A stretch of 64,000 nt of DNA, taken from contig OZ038378.1 in assembly GCA_964036045.1 (NCBI GenBank), positions 80,538,001 to 80,602,000 on the forward strand, given 5' to 3'. Under the pieces are notes generated by a model. It did no database searches, was not told the DNA's origin, and worked only from the letters and a program-made list of their open reading frames with translations. Every line of letters begins with the position of its first letter. Within the stretch, counting starts at the first letter, position 1. Below, piece after piece: positions 61,871 to 64,000 of the stretch. The DNA comes from Eutreptiella sp. 'Long Island Sound 2002' (taxonomy: Eukaryota; Protista; Euglenida). Made by a program: the position numbers and the translations under genes.

Positions 61871-64000
61871 ACGGAGTTGGACAACCAGCAAGAGACAGGC
61901 GCCCGCAGGGGGGTTAGGTACGCCGGGCCCTTCTGCGTTCCTCACGCAACGGCAGGTACACCCAGTTCTTCCGGCTGTGCCTGGGCCACCGGGGGGGGCG
62001 GACACATTGGGATTTTCAGTAGCCCCTTCGCAGAGGCGGAGGCCACCCATTCCATCCGGTCCATCAAGGGCTGCTTGGGTAAAGGGGCTCTCTTGTGAAG
62101 GACGTGTAAGGTCTACGGGCCTCTCCTCCGCGCATGCAGCAACATATGTTTTGGAGACGCCCCGGTCCGCACCGGGCCTTTGAGGGGTTAGAGGTGCCCG
62201 TGGGGGCCGTGGATGACGGACCTACCGCGCAATCCCTAAACCCGACACAATGGGGGCTCCAGAGGCAGGACCCTAGCCTCACATCCCTAGAGGGCGACCC
62301 GGGGGCTACCAAGACCGGGAGAGAGCAAGGGGGCGATCACACTACCTACTCCCCACGCGCTATCGTGGACCCTGGATCCCCCCGGTTCTACATGGACCGT
62401 ATGAGGACGAGGGTACCATGTTGGGGGCTTATGCGCCTTCCACGCTTTCCTCCACTCAGAGGAATATGCAGTCCGCCGCTTTCGGCGAAGTGTAGACCAT
62501 CGGATGCGGGGCGGGCCACCCCATGTGAGCGACCCCCCCCCCCCCCCCCGCACCCTCTTGGGTGATGAGGAATAGCCGTAGTTAGGAGACCTTCATCGGG
62601 TCCGCGTTCTAGTCTACCGCCCTCCATCACAGAGGGAGGGCTGCGGAGTACCGGGGTACCCCCGTCCTTGTAGGACCCAGAGAACGCAAATTGAGTCACC
62701 CAATCGACTTGGCCTTCCCCGGAACCCGCCTACCAGGACTGGCCGTTGCTCGAGGCTATCCAGCGGGGGCAATTATCGGCGCATCAGCGCCTGTGCGACA
62801 CCTGGTCGGTGGCCAGTGACAAGGCCACGCTCCAGGCCGCCGCAGACACCCTTCCCGAGGTCGCCCGAGGGTGGCCGGAGCATGTGCCGGACGCGCTGCG
62901 CTCGGCCCGGGGTCAGGGGGTGATCACTGCTATCACCTCCATGGGGATCATCTTGACCCCCCGCGGGCTATGTCTCACCGCGACGGTCACATGATCGTAC
63001 GTTGCCGAGGCATTCGTCTCCCAGGACGTCCCCCTCATGGTGGCCGCTGGGGGGTCCCTAGTCGAGTACTTGGGGAATACCATGCATCCACGTCACTCGG
63101 ACCTAGCCCGTAGGGTCGCCTTTGGGTGTGCCCTGTTTGACACCCTAAGGCCGCGGAAATGCTTGGTGCGGATGCTGAAGGTGGACGAAAACCTGGCCGA
63201 ATCGGCCAGCGCGCCACAGGTCCATCATAGCACAATCAACGGGCATTGCGTCCCATAGCCCCATGCCTCTCCTCAGGCTGCCAAGCCCACTGGGCTCGCC
63301 CGGGGGCCAAGGACCAAGTACGGCTTCTCTGGGCCATGCCCAACCGGCCTACAGAGGTCCTGCATCACCCGTCCCGCACCAGGAACGAATTGTGGGCTGG
63401 GCTTATGGTATGGGCTTCCCGGCAAGTCGGCGGCGCTAGTGTGAGGGTACCGGAAACCCACTACCAAAGGGGTGGATCGGCCTTTGGAGGTTCTACGGGG
63501 CGCTTTCGAGGCCTCAACCCTACCGATTACCACGGTAGAGGCTATGGGGGATTTGTTGGGCGATATCACGCCCTCTTGGGCCGCTGCCCCCGTTCTAGCA
63601 CTACTCGCGAGTCGGAGCGGCGACCCCGCCTCTTCGCAATGTCCTGGACGCGGGTCTCCTCGCGGGCCGGAGGAAGTGGAGTCAAGGGAGACAATGCCGA
63701 CCCGGTAGGCGTGGACGCCACGCCGGTGGCCGACGCAGAACCCGAAGGGGACAACGGCCGCACGCAAACCTTCGTGAACGTGCACGGGGTGCACCCTACG
63801 GCCACAGACCCTTGGCGAGCTTTGGAAGCTCCCACATACCCTCCGGCCACGCTGCCCCTTGCCTTCCCGCAGGGGGGAAGGTTCCCCCCCCCCCCCCGAG
63901 GGAAAGTCTCCACTGGGGGATTCCCCCTGTAATATTTTGGGGGTCAACCGCACCATCGAATTTGGGGCCAACTCCATCTCTCAATACAACGCGGACACCC

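Noticed and set aside
62050-64000. GC-rich degenerate ORFs as another retroelement
   Set aside because: No RT, endonuclease, integrase or recombinase motif recognised; left unassigned.

Overview
Eukaryotic, almost wholly repetitive DNA with no prokaryotic operons, rRNA or CRISPR. The TTAGGG-like tracts and repeat style suggest a protist such as a euglenid, but this is an unverified guess. I read four non-LTR retrotransposons. LINE-A (~16500-24455, +) has ORF1 plus RT-RNase H-CCHC with no recognisable endonuclease and sits between (TATG)n arrays. LINE-B (~24660-33450, +) is a decayed APE-RT element split by a TIR-bounded insert. LINE-D (~38275-42965, -) is a decayed APE-RT element. LINE-C (~49800-58062, +) is a near-complete RRM-ZnF-APE-RT-RNase H-CCHC element. 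A spliced RAG1/Transib-like DDE transposase relic lies at ~58900-60500 (-), with a possible second fragment at ~14500-14720. The window also holds DNA-transposon-like elements carrying WW, Tudor-like and Cys/His-rich cargo, hairpin-forming satellites, two foldbacks, a tRNA-derived SINE head and one probable host-gene exon island (~10490-11970). Main hunt results: (1) the intron-containing RAG1-like transposase with a full D-D-E triad; (2) a pervasive RIP-like CpA->TpA signature in repeats; (3) LINE-A as an apparently endonuclease-less, microsatellite-associated element with three covarying 5' RNA hairpins and a foldback 5' junction. All protein calls come from motif recognition by eye; no searches were run.
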